Of a stretch of DNA of 64,000 nt, positions 19,813-29,721 are shown one piece after another. Below the pieces are notes generated by a model that was not told the origin of the DNA, made no database searches, and saw only the letters and a program-made list of their open reading frames with translations. The first letter of the stretch is position 1, and every line of letters starts with the position of its first letter. The stretch covers positions 4,817 through 68,816 of the forward strand of contig CALMRA010000288.1 of assembly GCA_937872065.1 (NCBI GenBank), given 5' to 3'. The translations under genes and the position numbers were made by a program. The DNA is from an uncultured Eubacteriaceae bacterium. GTDB lineage: Bacteria > Bacillota > Clostridia > Eubacteriales > Eubacteriaceae.

Positions 19813-19835
19813 GAACCCGTATTTCTGGAGTGACT

Positions 19836-21134
19836 ATGAAAATCGGAATTATCGGAATGACGACTACAGGGCTTGCGGCGGGCGCCGCGCTCGCTAATGC
19901 CGGCTTCGAGACACTGCTGTACTGTCCGGATGACGAGGAAGCGGCGGAGTTTCTCGACGGGAACCTGCCGGTATACGAACAGGGGCTGCAGGCGATGACT
20001 GCGTCAGCTGCGCGAAGCGGAAATATGCGCTTCGTACAGAGAATGGAGCCTGCGCTGGATACGGAGCTCGTCCTGTTCGCACAGCGGCTGCTTCCCGAAA
20101 AAGAGACTGAAGCTGCCCTCAGATTTATACTGCGCGATATCGAAACGGCCGCACGGAAGATCGGGCGGGATACGAATGCCGCCGTTCTGACCTGTCTGCC
20201 GCCGGGCTCCTACCGGATTCTTTCCGGCAGGGCTGAAGAGACGTCCGTCGGAGCTGACGATCAGAACAATACGGAAGAAGCTGTCGAAAATAAACCTGCA
20301 CGGCTCGGTCTCTCGCTGATGCCCTGCGCCGCGGCTCCCGGACAGACGGCAGCCTGGTTCAGAGCTCCGTCACCGGCGCTGATCGGAACGGAGAATCCGG
20401 ATACGGCGGGGATTATGCGCGAGGTCCTGAGACGCCTCGGCGCTTCCCGAAAAAAGATCCGGACAGCCTCTCCCGAACAGGTCGAAGAAGCAGTCTGGCT
20501 CAAGCGCGGGCTTGACCTGACACTGAGTCTGTTCGCAGGCGAGGCGAAGACAAAAGGGATCTCGCCGCTGTTTTCAGGGATCTGCGAGAACCTGCGTCTG
20601 CCGGAAGCCGGGCTTCTTCACGAGCGGGAAAATCTGGAGGTCTTTGCTGATCTGCTCGAACAGCCTATGCTTGATTCTGCGCTGGAACAGGCGCGATTCC
20701 AGAACGAAAGCTATATAGACGGGATTGTCGAGGCTGTCGAAAGGGCCGCGGAGAAGGCTGAGATCAAGCTTTCTGACGAGACCGCCGCGGTGACCGGACT
20801 CGCTCAGTATCCGGGTTCCGGCGAAATGCGCGGAGCCGCTCAGGTACAGCTGCTCGAATCGCTTGTACACAGCGGGCTTAAGCTTCGCATATTCGTTTCG
20901 GAAGGGACCGCGGATCTGAAATGGCGTCTGCGCGCCGTATCTGACAGGATCACCTTCTGCCAGAGTCTTCCTGAAGCCTGTGACGACGCGAAATTTCTGA
21001 TTCTTGCCGGAAAAACGAAGGCGGGACTCAATCTTTCCAGGCTTTCTGGTAAAATGCAGAAAGTACCTATTCTGATCGATCCCTTCGATACCGCATGCGG
21101 ACGAAAGGGAGCCGATCTGTTTATCAGGAGTTAG
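19836..21134 (+). CDS. divergent UDP-glucose/GDP-mannose dehydrogenase-like protein (possibly non-catalytic)
   Basis: N-terminal MKIGIIGMTTTGLAAGAALANAG resembles the UGDH Rossmann start. C-terminal AAVTGLAQYPGSGEMRGAAQVQLLESLVHSGLKLRIFV resembles the UDP-binding-domain start. No GGSC-type catalytic Cys motif seen. ATG 19836 follows GGAG. Confidence 0.5.
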   Translation: MKIGIIGMTTTGLAAGAALANAGFETLLYCPDDEEAAEFLDGNLPVYEQGLQAMTASAARSGNMRFVQRMEPALDTELVLFAQRLLPEKETEAALRFILRDIETAARKIGRDTNAAVLTCLPPGSYRILSGRAEETSVGADDQNNTEEAVENKPARLGLSLMPCAAAPGQTAAWFRAPSPALIGTENPDTAGIMREVLRRLGASRKKIRTASPEQVEEAVWLKRGLDLTLSLFAGEAKTKGISPLFSGICENLRLPEAGLLHERENLEVFADLLEQPMLDSALEQARFQNESYIDGIVEAVERAAEKAEIKLSDETAAVTGLAQYPGSGEMRGAAQVQLLESLVHSGLKLRIFVSEGTADLKWRLRAVSDRITFCQSLPEACDDAKFLILAGKTKAGLNLSRLSGKMQKVPILIDPFDTACGRKGADLFIRS

Positions 21135-21135
21135 A

Positions 21136-22017
21136 ATGAAAAAAGTAACCAAAGCGGTAATTCCGGCTGCGGGACTCGGAACACGTTTCCTGCCGTTTAC
21201 AAAATCGATTCCGAAAGAAATGCTGCCTATCGTCGACAAGCCGACGATTCAGTATATTATCGAAGAAATCGTCGATTCGGGTATCAAGGATATTCTGATC
21301 ATCAACGGGCGCAACAAGGTCGTCATGGTCAATCATTTCGACAACGTTCCGGAGCTCGAATTCCACCTGAAGCAGACGGGAAAAGAAGAAGAGCTGCGCA
21401 TTATTGAAGATATTTCGAATATGGCCAATATCTTCACGATCCGCCAGAAAGAAGCCAAGGGTCTCGGGCACGCGGTTCTGTGTGCGAAGGAATTTGTCGG
21501 AGACGAACCCTTCGCCGTCGTTCTCGGCGACGATGTCGTCTATAATGCGGACAAGCCGGCGCTGCGCCAGATGCTCGACGTCTACGACCGTTTCGGGAAG
21601 TCGGTGATCGGCGTACAGCAGGTCCCGCGTCAGGAAACGGACAAGTACGGGATCATCAGCAAGACCGATGTCGAAGGCAATATCTATAAAATTACGGATA
21701 TGGTCGAAAAGCCGCCGGTAGACGAAGCTCCGTCTAATCTGGCCGTTCTCGGACGCTATATCATTACGCCGGAGATCTTCGGGATCCTCGAGCATACCGG
21801 AAAGGGAGCGGGAGGCGAAATCCAGCTTACCGACGCCCTGAAGGAACTGTGCGGTAACGACGATGTCTATGCCTGTGATTTTGAAGGACGCCGTTACGAT
21901 ATCGGCAATAAGGAAGGCTTCCTCGAAGCCACCGTCGAATACGGCCTGAGAAGACCGGAGCTTAGCGAAGCCTTCAGAGAATATCTGAAGAGTCTCGACG
22001 CCGATTCTATCAAATAG
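21136..22017 (+). CDS. galU: UTP--glucose-1-phosphate uridylyltransferase
   Basis: AVIPAAGLGTRFLPFTKSIPKEMLPIVDKP signature. 293 aa. Confidence 0.95.
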   Translation: MKKVTKAVIPAAGLGTRFLPFTKSIPKEMLPIVDKPTIQYIIEEIVDSGIKDILIINGRNKVVMVNHFDNVPELEFHLKQTGKEEELRIIEDISNMANIFTIRQKEAKGLGHAVLCAKEFVGDEPFAVVLGDDVVYNADKPALRQMLDVYDRFGKSVIGVQQVPRQETDKYGIISKTDVEGNIYKITDMVEKPPVDEAPSNLAVLGRYIITPEIFGILEHTGKGAGGEIQLTDALKELCGNDDVYACDFEGRRYDIGNKEGFLEATVEYGLRRPELSEAFREYLKSLDADSIK

Positions 22018-22121
22018 AGATCGACCGGATCTCAGCCATCCTGACACTGGAGTAGATCGTCAGTGTGCAGCGGAGCGGTATCGTAGAAGCACGGTAGAAA
22101 ACGAAGCTTAATGACGGCAAT

Positions 22122-22151
22122 AAAAAAAGACTGCTTCAGCAGTCTTTTTTT
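22122..22151. terminator. bidirectional terminator between galU (+) and the Rrf2 gene (-)
   Basis: A7, then stem aagactgc / gcagtctt with a 4-nt loop, then T7. Confidence 0.85.
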
Positions 22152-22153
22152 GT

Positions 22154-22606
22154 TCAGATAATCTGAGCGTATTCCTCGGATGTATCGGGAAAGGTCGGAT
22201 TCTGATTTTCGTTAATCAGATCCTCCAGTGTCACAGACTGCAGGAAATGATCCTGAAGCTGCTGCCATTTCTGGTAGGTCTTTCTGACGGGGCAACCGCC
22301 GGTTGCCAGTCTGCTGCAGTAATGGTCTTCTTCGAGACACCGGTTTACCCGTGTGGTCTGTTCTACGGTATCGATGATGTCGAACAGACTGATGTCCTTC
22401 GGCTCCATCGCCAGCTCGTAGCCGCCGTTCACTCCGTTGTAGGATTTCATGAAACCGCTGCTTTTAAGCTTTTTGATCAGTTTGAGTAAATAGGCTTCCG
22501 TGACTGCCGAGGCTTTGCTGAGTTCGGACAGGCTCGTCAACCGCCCGTTCCCCGCAAGAATCAGCAGAACCCGGATCGAATAGTCTGTCGAAATTGTAAG
22601 CTGCAC
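22154..22606 (-). CDS. Rrf2-family transcriptional regulator
   Basis: 150 aa. N-terminal wHTH (TDYSIRVLLILA...) and a three-Cys cluster CLEEDHYCSRLATGGC. GTG start after AGGAGGTGA. Confidence 0.85.
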   Translation of the reverse strand: MQLTISTDYSIRVLLILAGNGRLTSLSELSKASAVTEAYLLKLIKKLKSSGFMKSYNGVNGGYELAMEPKDISLFDIIDTVEQTTRVNRCLEEDHYCSRLATGGCPVRKTYQKWQQLQDHFLQSVTLEDLINENQNPTFPDTSEEYAQII

Positions 22607-22688
22607 CGCGTCACCTCCTGTTCTGTCTGTTTTTATTATATCGCGTTAAACGTCGATTGAAAACTATTACCGTATTACATTAATACAG

Positions 22689-23747
22689 CTAGTTTACAAC
22701 TGACATGTCAGTTGTAAACAGCTTTTTCAGGTTCTGATCGAATGGCGGGTAGACGACTCCTTTTTCGGTAATGATCGCGGTGATCAGTTCGTGGGGCGTC
22801 ACATCGAAGGCCGGATTTTCCGCGTCGATGTCTTCGGGCGCCGTTCTGACACCTCCGAAGCCGAAGACCTCGCTGTGGTCCCGTTCTTCGATCGTGATAT
22901 CGTCACCGGCTGCGGTTGACAGATCGACGGTGGAGCCCGGAGCGGCGATATACATCGGGAGCCCGTGGTGGCGGGCGAGTACGGCGACGCTGTAGGTTCC
23001 GATTTTGTTCGCAGTATCACCGTTGGCGGCGATTCGGTCGGCGCCGACGACAACGCAGTCGATTCTTTTCTGTTTCATCATCCAGCCGGCCATATTGTCG
23101 GTGATCAGCGTAACGGGAATCCCGTCTTCATGGAGCTCATAGGCGGTGAGACGGGCGCCCTGTAGCAGGGGACGCGTTTCGTCTGCGTAGACGCGCTTCA
23201 CCTTGCCCTGTTCGTATGCAGCCCTGACGACGCCCAGCGCTGTTCCGTAGTCCGCCGTCGCGAGAGCGCCCGCGTTGCAGTGGGTCAGGATCGTGCTGTC
23301 CGGTTCGATGAGCTCCGCACCGTTTCTGCCGATGGCCCGGCACATTTTGATATCCTCGTCGCAGACGTCATCCGCTTCGAGCTTGAGCATCGCGGTGATC
23401 TCTTCCGGGGTCATATCGCTATGGGAGCGCGCTGCGGCCGTCATCCGGTCCGCCGCCCACATCAGATTGACCGCGGTGGGTCGGGCTGCTTTGATTTCTT
23501 CCGCCGCCTGATCCAGCGCGTCGAGGAAGAGCCCTGGATCTTCGATCCGGCCGGCAAGCTCTTTCGCCGCGAAGCAGACGGCGTAGGCTGCTGAGACACC
23601 GATTGCCGGAGCGCCCCGGACGATCATCGTTTTAATCGCGTCGATGATATCGCGGTAATCGTCATACTCCCGAAGGATCTTTTCTCCCGGCAGGAGCGTC
23701 TGGTCGATCATCACGAGCTTTCCGTTTTCATAATAGACTGGTTTCAT
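22689..23747 (-). CDS. mtnA: S-methyl-5-thioribose-1-phosphate isomerase (eIF-2B-like family)
   Basis: 352 aa. GADRIAANGDTANKIGTY motif and MtnA-like N-terminus. Confidence 0.88.
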   Translation of the reverse strand: MKPVYYENGKLVMIDQTLLPGEKILREYDDYRDIIDAIKTMIVRGAPAIGVSAAYAVCFAAKELAGRIEDPGLFLDALDQAAEEIKAARPTAVNLMWAADRMTAAARSHSDMTPEEITAMLKLEADDVCDEDIKMCRAIGRNGAELIEPDSTILTHCNAGALATADYGTALGVVRAAYEQGKVKRVYADETRPLLQGARLTAYELHEDGIPVTLITDNMAGWMMKQKRIDCVVVGADRIAANGDTANKIGTYSVAVLARHHGLPMYIAAPGSTVDLSTAAGDDITIEERDHSEVFGFGGVRTAPEDIDAENPAFDVTPHELITAIITEKGVVYPPFDQNLKKLFTTDMSVVN

Positions 23748-24030
23748 ATATTCCTCGATTTCTGTTTTCGGATCATAAGTATTTTTTTCATTACTCTATT
23801 GTAACAGCCTCAAAAACAGAACACAGCAGGAAGATTAAGAACGGGATAAGAAATCTTTTTCAGTAATCTGTAAAAATGCAGTTAATTTATTTTCTTGCAG
23901 GATAGAATTACAAAATAGTATCAGATTCCAACGGGAAGTTATCCCAGGAATATTTTTTCGGTTATAATGATATTGATTACAACAGCAGTCCGGGAGGCCG
24001 GATCTGAAACTAATAATACCGGAGGAAGCC

Positions 24031-25737
24031 ATGGGATATAAGGAAACGTACGAAGAGTGGAAAAGACAGGACAATCTGGATGACGATCTGAAGGTCGAAC
24101 TCGACAGTCTTACAGATGAAGGAGATATCGAAGACCGTTTTTACGAATTCCTGAGTTTCGGAACCGCCGGCATGCGCGGCAAGCTCGGCGTCGGCACCAA
24201 TCGGATGAACAACGTCATGGTAGCCCGCGCGACCTACGGTTTTGCAAAGCAGATGCTTGACGAATCGACAGCAAATGCGGACAAGGGTGTCGCGATCTCC
24301 TACGACTCGCGTATCAAGTCCGACGAATTTGCAAAAACTGCAGCCTGCGTTCTCGCTGCGCAGGGAATCCACAGCTACCTGTATGAAAGTCTCAGACCGA
24401 CTCCGATGCTTTCATTTGCAGTCCGTTATCTCGGATGCGCCGGCGGTATCATGATCACCGCCTCACATAACCCGGCGGAATACAACGGATATAAGGTTTA
24501 CGGAAATGACGGCGCACAGCTGGCAAACGAAGCGGCAGACGCCGTAGTCGACGTTATCGACAATATCGACAATTACTTTGATATTCCGAAGATGGATTAC
24601 AAAGAAGCGCTTGCGAAGGGCCTGATCGAAATTATCGGCAAAGACGTCGATGAAGCCTACATTAAAGAAGTAGAAAATGTCGTTCATATGGATCAGAAGT
24701 CCGATCTCGTGATCGTATACACACCTCTACACGGTACGGGCAACATTCCGGTCAGACGCGTTCTGGCGGACATGGGCTTTGATAAAGTATACGTCGTACC
24801 GGAACAGGAAAAGCCGGACGGCAACTTCCCGACAGTCGAATTCCCGAATCCGGAATATAAGGAAGTCTTCAACCTCGCGATTCCGCTGGCGGAAAAAGTC
24901 GGCGCGGACCTGATCCTCGGAACCGACCCCGACGGCGACCGCGTAGGCGTTGTCAACAAGAACTCCGACGGCGAATACGTCGTGTTCACAGGCAACCAGA
25001 CAGGCGCCCTGCTGGTAGACTACATGCTCAAGACGAGACCTGAATTCCCGGCGAACAAAGCGGTCATCAAGACTATCGTTACATCTGAACTCGGCGCGGT
25101 CATCGCCCGTGCCCATGGTGCGGAACCGATTGACGTCCTGACCGGCTTCAAATATATCGGCGAACATATTACGAACTGGCAGAAGACTCACGAACATACC
25201 TTCGTGATGGGCTATGAAGAAAGCTACGGCTATCTGGCCGGCGAATATGCCAGAGACAAGGATGCAGTCGTCGCTTCCGCTCTGGTCTGCGAAATGGCAG
25301 CTTACTACAAGGATCTCGGAAAGACCCTGTATGATGCGCTGCAGGATCTGTACAAGGAATACGGCTTCTTCCAGGAAGGTATCCAGTCTTACGCGTTTGA
25401 AGGCGTAGACGGCAAGGATAAGATGGCTAAGCTGATGGATGTGTTCAGAGATCATCAGATCAAATCCTTCGGCGATGAAAAGCTCATCACAGTCAACGAC
25501 TATAAGGACAGCGAAAGCCTCGACGTCGCGACAGACAAGGAAACGAAGATCGATCTGCCAAGCTCGAACGTTCTCAAATTCATCTACGACAAAAACAGCT
25601 GGTTCGCGCTGCGTCCGTCAGGAACAGAACCGAAGCTGAAGATCTACTTCTCTACCACCGGTGCAACAAAGGCCGATGCGGAAAAGAAAATGGACGAGCT
25701 GGTAAGTGTCGTCGATAAAGTCAAAGAAGAAAATTGA
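24031..25737 (+). CDS. pgcA: phosphoglucomutase / phospho-sugar mutase
   Basis: Phosphoserine loop TASHNP and Mg loop GTDPDGDR. 568 aa. GGAGG RBS. Confidence 0.9.
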   Translation: MGYKETYEEWKRQDNLDDDLKVELDSLTDEGDIEDRFYEFLSFGTAGMRGKLGVGTNRMNNVMVARATYGFAKQMLDESTANADKGVAISYDSRIKSDEFAKTAACVLAAQGIHSYLYESLRPTPMLSFAVRYLGCAGGIMITASHNPAEYNGYKVYGNDGAQLANEAADAVVDVIDNIDNYFDIPKMDYKEALAKGLIEIIGKDVDEAYIKEVENVVHMDQKSDLVIVYTPLHGTGNIPVRRVLADMGFDKVYVVPEQEKPDGNFPTVEFPNPEYKEVFNLAIPLAEKVGADLILGTDPDGDRVGVVNKNSDGEYVVFTGNQTGALLVDYMLKTRPEFPANKAVIKTIVTSELGAVIARAHGAEPIDVLTGFKYIGEHITNWQKTHEHTFVMGYEESYGYLAGEYARDKDAVVASALVCEMAAYYKDLGKTLYDALQDLYKEYGFFQEGIQSYAFEGVDGKDKMAKLMDVFRDHQIKSFGDEKLITVNDYKDSESLDVATDKETKIDLPSSNVLKFIYDKNSWFALRPSGTEPKLKIYFSTTGATKADAEKKMDELVSVVDKVKEEN

Positions 25738-26207
25738 CCTTCTCTAAATCAGACACGGCGGACGAAGCCTCCGAACCGAAGATCCTCGTTTCCGCCTGTC
25801 TGGCAGGGATTCCGTGCCGCTATGACGGGAAGTCGACTCCGGTTCCCGAAATCGTCCGTCTGGTAGAAGAAGGACTGGCGGTTCCGTTCTGTCCCGAGTG
25901 CGCAGGCGGACTCGAAACACCCCGGACGCCTGCCGAGATATCCGGCGGCAGAGTCCTCACACGTGACGGCAGAGATGTAACCGAAGCCTTTGAGGCCGGA
26001 GCGGTTCTCGCCGCTGCTGCTGCGAAAGAGCACGGCATTGTGACGGCTGTACTCAAATCGAAAAGTCCGTCCTGCGGCTCCGGAGAGATCTATGACGGCA
26101 GCTTTACCGGGCGGCTCGTACCCGGAGAGGGCGTGACTGCCCGGGCGCTTCGCGAAGCCGGCATAAACGTCATCACAGAAAAAGATTTCGTAAACGAATA
26201 TGAATGA
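25734..26207 (+). CDS. DUF523-family protein (TudS-like Cys-rich)
   Basis: ILVSACLAGIPCRYDG ... FCPECAGG ... KSPSCGS pattern typical of DUF523. TTG start overlapping the pgcA stop, so the start is uncertain. Confidence 0.7.
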   Translation: MTFSKSDTADEASEPKILVSACLAGIPCRYDGKSTPVPEIVRLVEEGLAVPFCPECAGGLETPRTPAEISGGRVLTRDGRDVTEAFEAGAVLAAAAAKEHGIVTAVLKSKSPSCGSGEIYDGSFTGRLVPGEGVTARALREAGINVITEKDFVNEYE

Positions 26208-26325
26208 TCGAAAGGGCAGGGCGCCGGCGCGTTCTGCCCTTTCGTAATTTATGAAGCTCTGCAGAAGAAAAATCCCGTATGTTACAATAGAACAGAGATT
26301 CGGATAACGAATAAAAGAGGTAAAA

Positions 26326-27375
26326 ATGAGCAAGAAAAAAATAGGTCTGGTTTTCGGAGGGCAGTCGGGAGAACATGAAGTATCGTGCGTCTCAGCCGCC
26401 AATGTTTTCCGCGCACTTGATCAGAATAAATACGATATCGTACCGATCGGGATCAAAAAGGACGGAAGCTGGAATATTTACACAGGCGGGCCCGATAAAA
26501 TCGAGACCGGAGAATGGAAGACAGACACTGAGAATCTGAAGGAAAACATCGAAGTATTCACAGAGCTTAAAGATCTGGATCTGATTTTCCCGGTTCTTCA
26601 CGGACCGATGGGCGAAGACGGAACGATTCAGGGCGTTTTCGAAATGCTAGGCGTCCCGTATGTCGGATGCGGCGTCACTGCGAGCGCGGCCGGCATGGAC
26701 AAGATCTTCAGCAAGGTCGTCTTCGAAGCCGCAGATATTCCGAGCTGCCGATGGCTTCCTGTCACTCGTTACGACTGGAAGCACGAACGGGATCGTATTG
26801 AGGATGAAATCGTCGCAAAGCTCGGTCTTCCGGTTTTTGTCAAGCCCGCCAATATGGGATCCTCTGTCGGCATCACGAAAGCCCACGACGAGGACGAGCT
26901 GTATGCCGCTATCGACAAGGCGTTTGAGTATGACCGCAGGATCATCGTCGAAGCCTTTGTCAACGCACATGAAGTCGAAACAGCCGTGCTGGAAGAAAAC
27001 GGCAATATTCAGCTGGCGGTCCCGGGTGAAATTATTCCGGCCAAGGAATTCTACGACTACGAAGCGAAATATCAGAGCGGCGACAAATCCGTAATCGTGA
27101 TTCCGCCCCATCTGGAACAGGATATTCTCGATCAGCTGCTGGTCTATTCGAAGAAAGCGTTCCAGGCTCTCGACTGTACGGGACTGGCGCGAATCGACTT
27201 TTTTGTCGACAAGGACACGGAAGAAATCTTTATCAACGAAATCAATACGCTGCCGGGCTTTACAGACATCAGCATGTATTCTAAAATGTGGGAAACTGCG
27301 GGCGTTCCGTATAAGGAGCTTGTCGAACGACTTGTTCATACGGCGGCGACGAAAAAGAATCCGACTACGAAATAA
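26326..27375 (+). CDS. ddl: D-alanine--D-alanine ligase
   Basis: ATP-grasp motifs VFVKPANMGSSVGI and EINTLPGFT. 349 aa. Confidence 0.95.
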   Translation: MSKKKIGLVFGGQSGEHEVSCVSAANVFRALDQNKYDIVPIGIKKDGSWNIYTGGPDKIETGEWKTDTENLKENIEVFTELKDLDLIFPVLHGPMGEDGTIQGVFEMLGVPYVGCGVTASAAGMDKIFSKVVFEAADIPSCRWLPVTRYDWKHERDRIEDEIVAKLGLPVFVKPANMGSSVGITKAHDEDELYAAIDKAFEYDRRIIVEAFVNAHEVETAVLEENGNIQLAVPGEIIPAKEFYDYEAKYQSGDKSVIVIPPHLEQDILDQLLVYSKKAFQALDCTGLARIDFFVDKDTEEIFINEINTLPGFTDISMYSKMWETAGVPYKELVERLVHTAATKKNPTTK

Positions 27376-27439
27376 TCGAAAACAGGCGGAGATTTTGGGT
27401 ATACCCGTGAGTAGAGTTCCGCAGCGGAGGAATTGGACA

Positions 27440-27889
27440 ATGACAGAACAAGTAATACCGGAAAAGGTCTGGCTCTCGATAAAGGGGACAGTCGCTCACG
27501 ACGGAGAAGAATCTGACGTCATGGAACTGCTGACGGAAGGCATACGCTCGGGAAAAGCGGACAGCTGTTCGCTTGCCTACGATGAGTCCGAGATTTCAGG
27601 CATGGAGGGTACCAGGACCACTGTTCAGGTGAACGGACAGAAGGTTTCGATTATCAGGCTCGGCTCGGTCAATTCTCTGATGGAATTCGAATCGGGAAAA
27701 CGGAGCGTGACGATGTATTCGACGCCTGAAGGCGATATTTCGATGGGGATTACGACACGCGGCATCGACATCGATTATGACGAATCCAGACGCCCTTCCA
27801 GAGTCAAGGTAGACTACAACATCGAGATGAAGGGAATCGGCGAAACGGACAACACAATAGACATTCAGGTCAAAGATCTTAAGAATTAA
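27440..27889 (+). CDS. DUF1934 (YwiB-like) protein
   Basis: 149-aa beta-rich protein at the position directly upstream of argS that is conserved in many Firmicutes. ATG 27440 after GGAGG. Confidence 0.6.
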   Translation: MTEQVIPEKVWLSIKGTVAHDGEESDVMELLTEGIRSGKADSCSLAYDESEISGMEGTRTTVQVNGQKVSIIRLGSVNSLMEFESGKRSVTMYSTPEGDISMGITTRGIDIDYDESRRPSRVKVDYNIEMKGIGETDNTIDIQVKDLKN

Positions 27890-27894
27890 TCCAA

Positions 27895-27921
27895 GGCTCC
27901 TGCGCTGCAGGGGCCTTTTTT
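27895..27921 (+). terminator. terminator after the DUF1934 gene
   Basis: 9-bp stem ggctcctgc / gcaggggcc (one G-U pair) followed by T6. Confidence 0.75.
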
Positions 27922-28007
27922 GAAAAAGGCCTATAAAAAAAGTATAATAAATAGATTAATCGGATTTATTTTCAATTCGAAAGACCAGTATTAAATCAGG
28001 AGTGAAA

Positions 28008-29690
28008 ATGTACGCACGCGAGAATATAGAACAAAAGCTCAGAGAAGGGCTCCGGCAGGCTGCCGAAAAGGCCTGTGAAGCGGGGGATTTTTCTCTGAAC
28101 GGACAGGAGCTGCCGGAAATCGAGCTCGAGGTCCCGAGGGAACGTGAGTTCGGAGACTACTCGACCAATCTGGCCATGCAGCTTCCGAAGATTGCGAGAA
28201 AGGCTCCCCGTCAGATCGCCGAAGCCCTTGCCGGTCGTTTTGAACCGATTCCGGGCGTCGTTGAAACCGTGGAGATTGCAGGCCCCGGCTTTATCAATTT
28301 CAGGCTTGATCCGTCCTGGCTCACCCAGATCGTGGCTCAGGTTAACGAAATGGGCGGCGATTACGGCAAAACTGCGCGGCACGCGGGAAAAACGTATAAT
28401 CTCGAGTTTATTTCGGCAAACCCGACCGGGCCGATGCACATGGGCAACGCACGCGGAGGCGCGATCGGGGATGTCCTGGCGGAGCTTGCGGAATGGACCG
28501 GCTACGACGTCACACGCGAATTTTACGTCAACGACGCGGGCAATCAGATCGAAAAATTCGGTGATTCCCTCGACGCGCGTTTCAGGCAGCTCACCGGCGA
28601 AGATTTTCCGTTCCCGGAGGACGGCTACCAGGGTGAAGATATCACAGAACATGTGAAGGAATACCTTGCGGAGCATCCGGGAAGCGAGGAAGAGCTGAAA
28701 GCTCAGCCGCCGGAGCAGCGCAGAAAGATTTTTATCGATTACGCGCTTAAGAAGAATCTTGAACGCATGCACAGCGATCTGGCGGACTACGGGATCCAAT
28801 ACGACGTCTGGTTCTCGGAGCAGAGCCTGTATGAAACGGGCGCAATAGACAAGGCGCTGGACATGCTTAAAAAATCGGGCTCGGTTTACGAAGAAGACGG
28901 CGCAGTCTGGTTCAGAACCACCGATTACGGCTGCGAAAAGGATGACGTTCTGATCCGTCAGAACGGGATCCCGACGTATTATATGGGCGATATCGCCTAC
29001 CACCTGAACAAGTTCGAGACCCGCGGGTTCGACAGGGGCGTCAACGTCTGGGGAGCGGATCATCACGGTCATATCGCCAGACTCCAGGCTGCGCTCGATG
29101 CCGCGGGAGCGGGCGGAAAGCTCGACGTCGTGATCATGCAGCTGGTCAAGCTCGTTCAGGACGGCGAAATCGTCAAGATGAGCAAACGGACCGGGAAGAT
29201 GATCACACTCACCGACCTGATCCAGATGATCGGAAAGGACGCGGCGCGCTTCTTCTTCAATCTCCGCTCGCCAGATTCCCACTTCGAATTCGATCTGGAT
29301 CTCGCGATCAGAGAATCGAACGAAAACCCGGTTTTCTACGTACAGTACGCGCATGCGAGAATCTGCAGCATCCTGCGTCAGGCGGAAGGCTTCGACTGGT
29401 CGGACGCAGACCTGTCGCTGCTGGGCGAACCGGAAGAGATCGCGCTGATGGAAGTACTGTCGCGTTTCTATGAAGAGATCCAGGCGGGCGAAGAAAAGAT
29501 GGATCCCAGCAGGATCACCCGCTACGCGGTGGATCTCGCGTCCGCGTTCCATACGTTTTATAACGCGGTCCGGGTCAATACCGACGAGATCGAGCTCAAG
29601 AAAGCGCGCTTTGCGCTGATATCGGCTGTCCGTCAGGTGCTTCGCAATGCTTCCGAGATTCTCGGAATCAACGCGCCGGAACGGATGTAG
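28008..29690 (+). CDS. argS: arginine--tRNA ligase
   Basis: Class-I motifs SANPTGPMHMGNARG and MSKRTGK. ATG 28008 follows AGGAG; the ORF-track start at 28002 is a GTG inside the RBS. Confidence 0.95.
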   Translation: MYARENIEQKLREGLRQAAEKACEAGDFSLNGQELPEIELEVPREREFGDYSTNLAMQLPKIARKAPRQIAEALAGRFEPIPGVVETVEIAGPGFINFRLDPSWLTQIVAQVNEMGGDYGKTARHAGKTYNLEFISANPTGPMHMGNARGGAIGDVLAELAEWTGYDVTREFYVNDAGNQIEKFGDSLDARFRQLTGEDFPFPEDGYQGEDITEHVKEYLAEHPGSEEELKAQPPEQRRKIFIDYALKKNLERMHSDLADYGIQYDVWFSEQSLYETGAIDKALDMLKKSGSVYEEDGAVWFRTTDYGCEKDDVLIRQNGIPTYYMGDIAYHLNKFETRGFDRGVNVWGADHHGHIARLQAALDAAGAGGKLDVVIMQLVKLVQDGEIVKMSKRTGKMITLTDLIQMIGKDAARFFFNLRSPDSHFEFDLDLAIRESNENPVFYVQYAHARICSILRQAEGFDWSDADLSLLGEPEEIALMEVLSRFYEEIQAGEEKMDPSRITRYAVDLASAFHTFYNAVRVNTDEIELKKARFALISAVRQVLRNASEILGINAPERM

Positions 29691-29721
29691 CTGACAATTA
29701 AATCTGAAAAGCGTATTTGAA

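Noticed and set aside
23748-24030. Looked for a SAM (S-box) riboswitch upstream of mtnA on the - strand, and for a T-box upstream of argS (27890-28007).
   Set aside because: The mtnA leader is AT-rich and lacks the conserved S-box helices. The argS spacer is only about 85 nt after the terminator, which is too short for a T-box.
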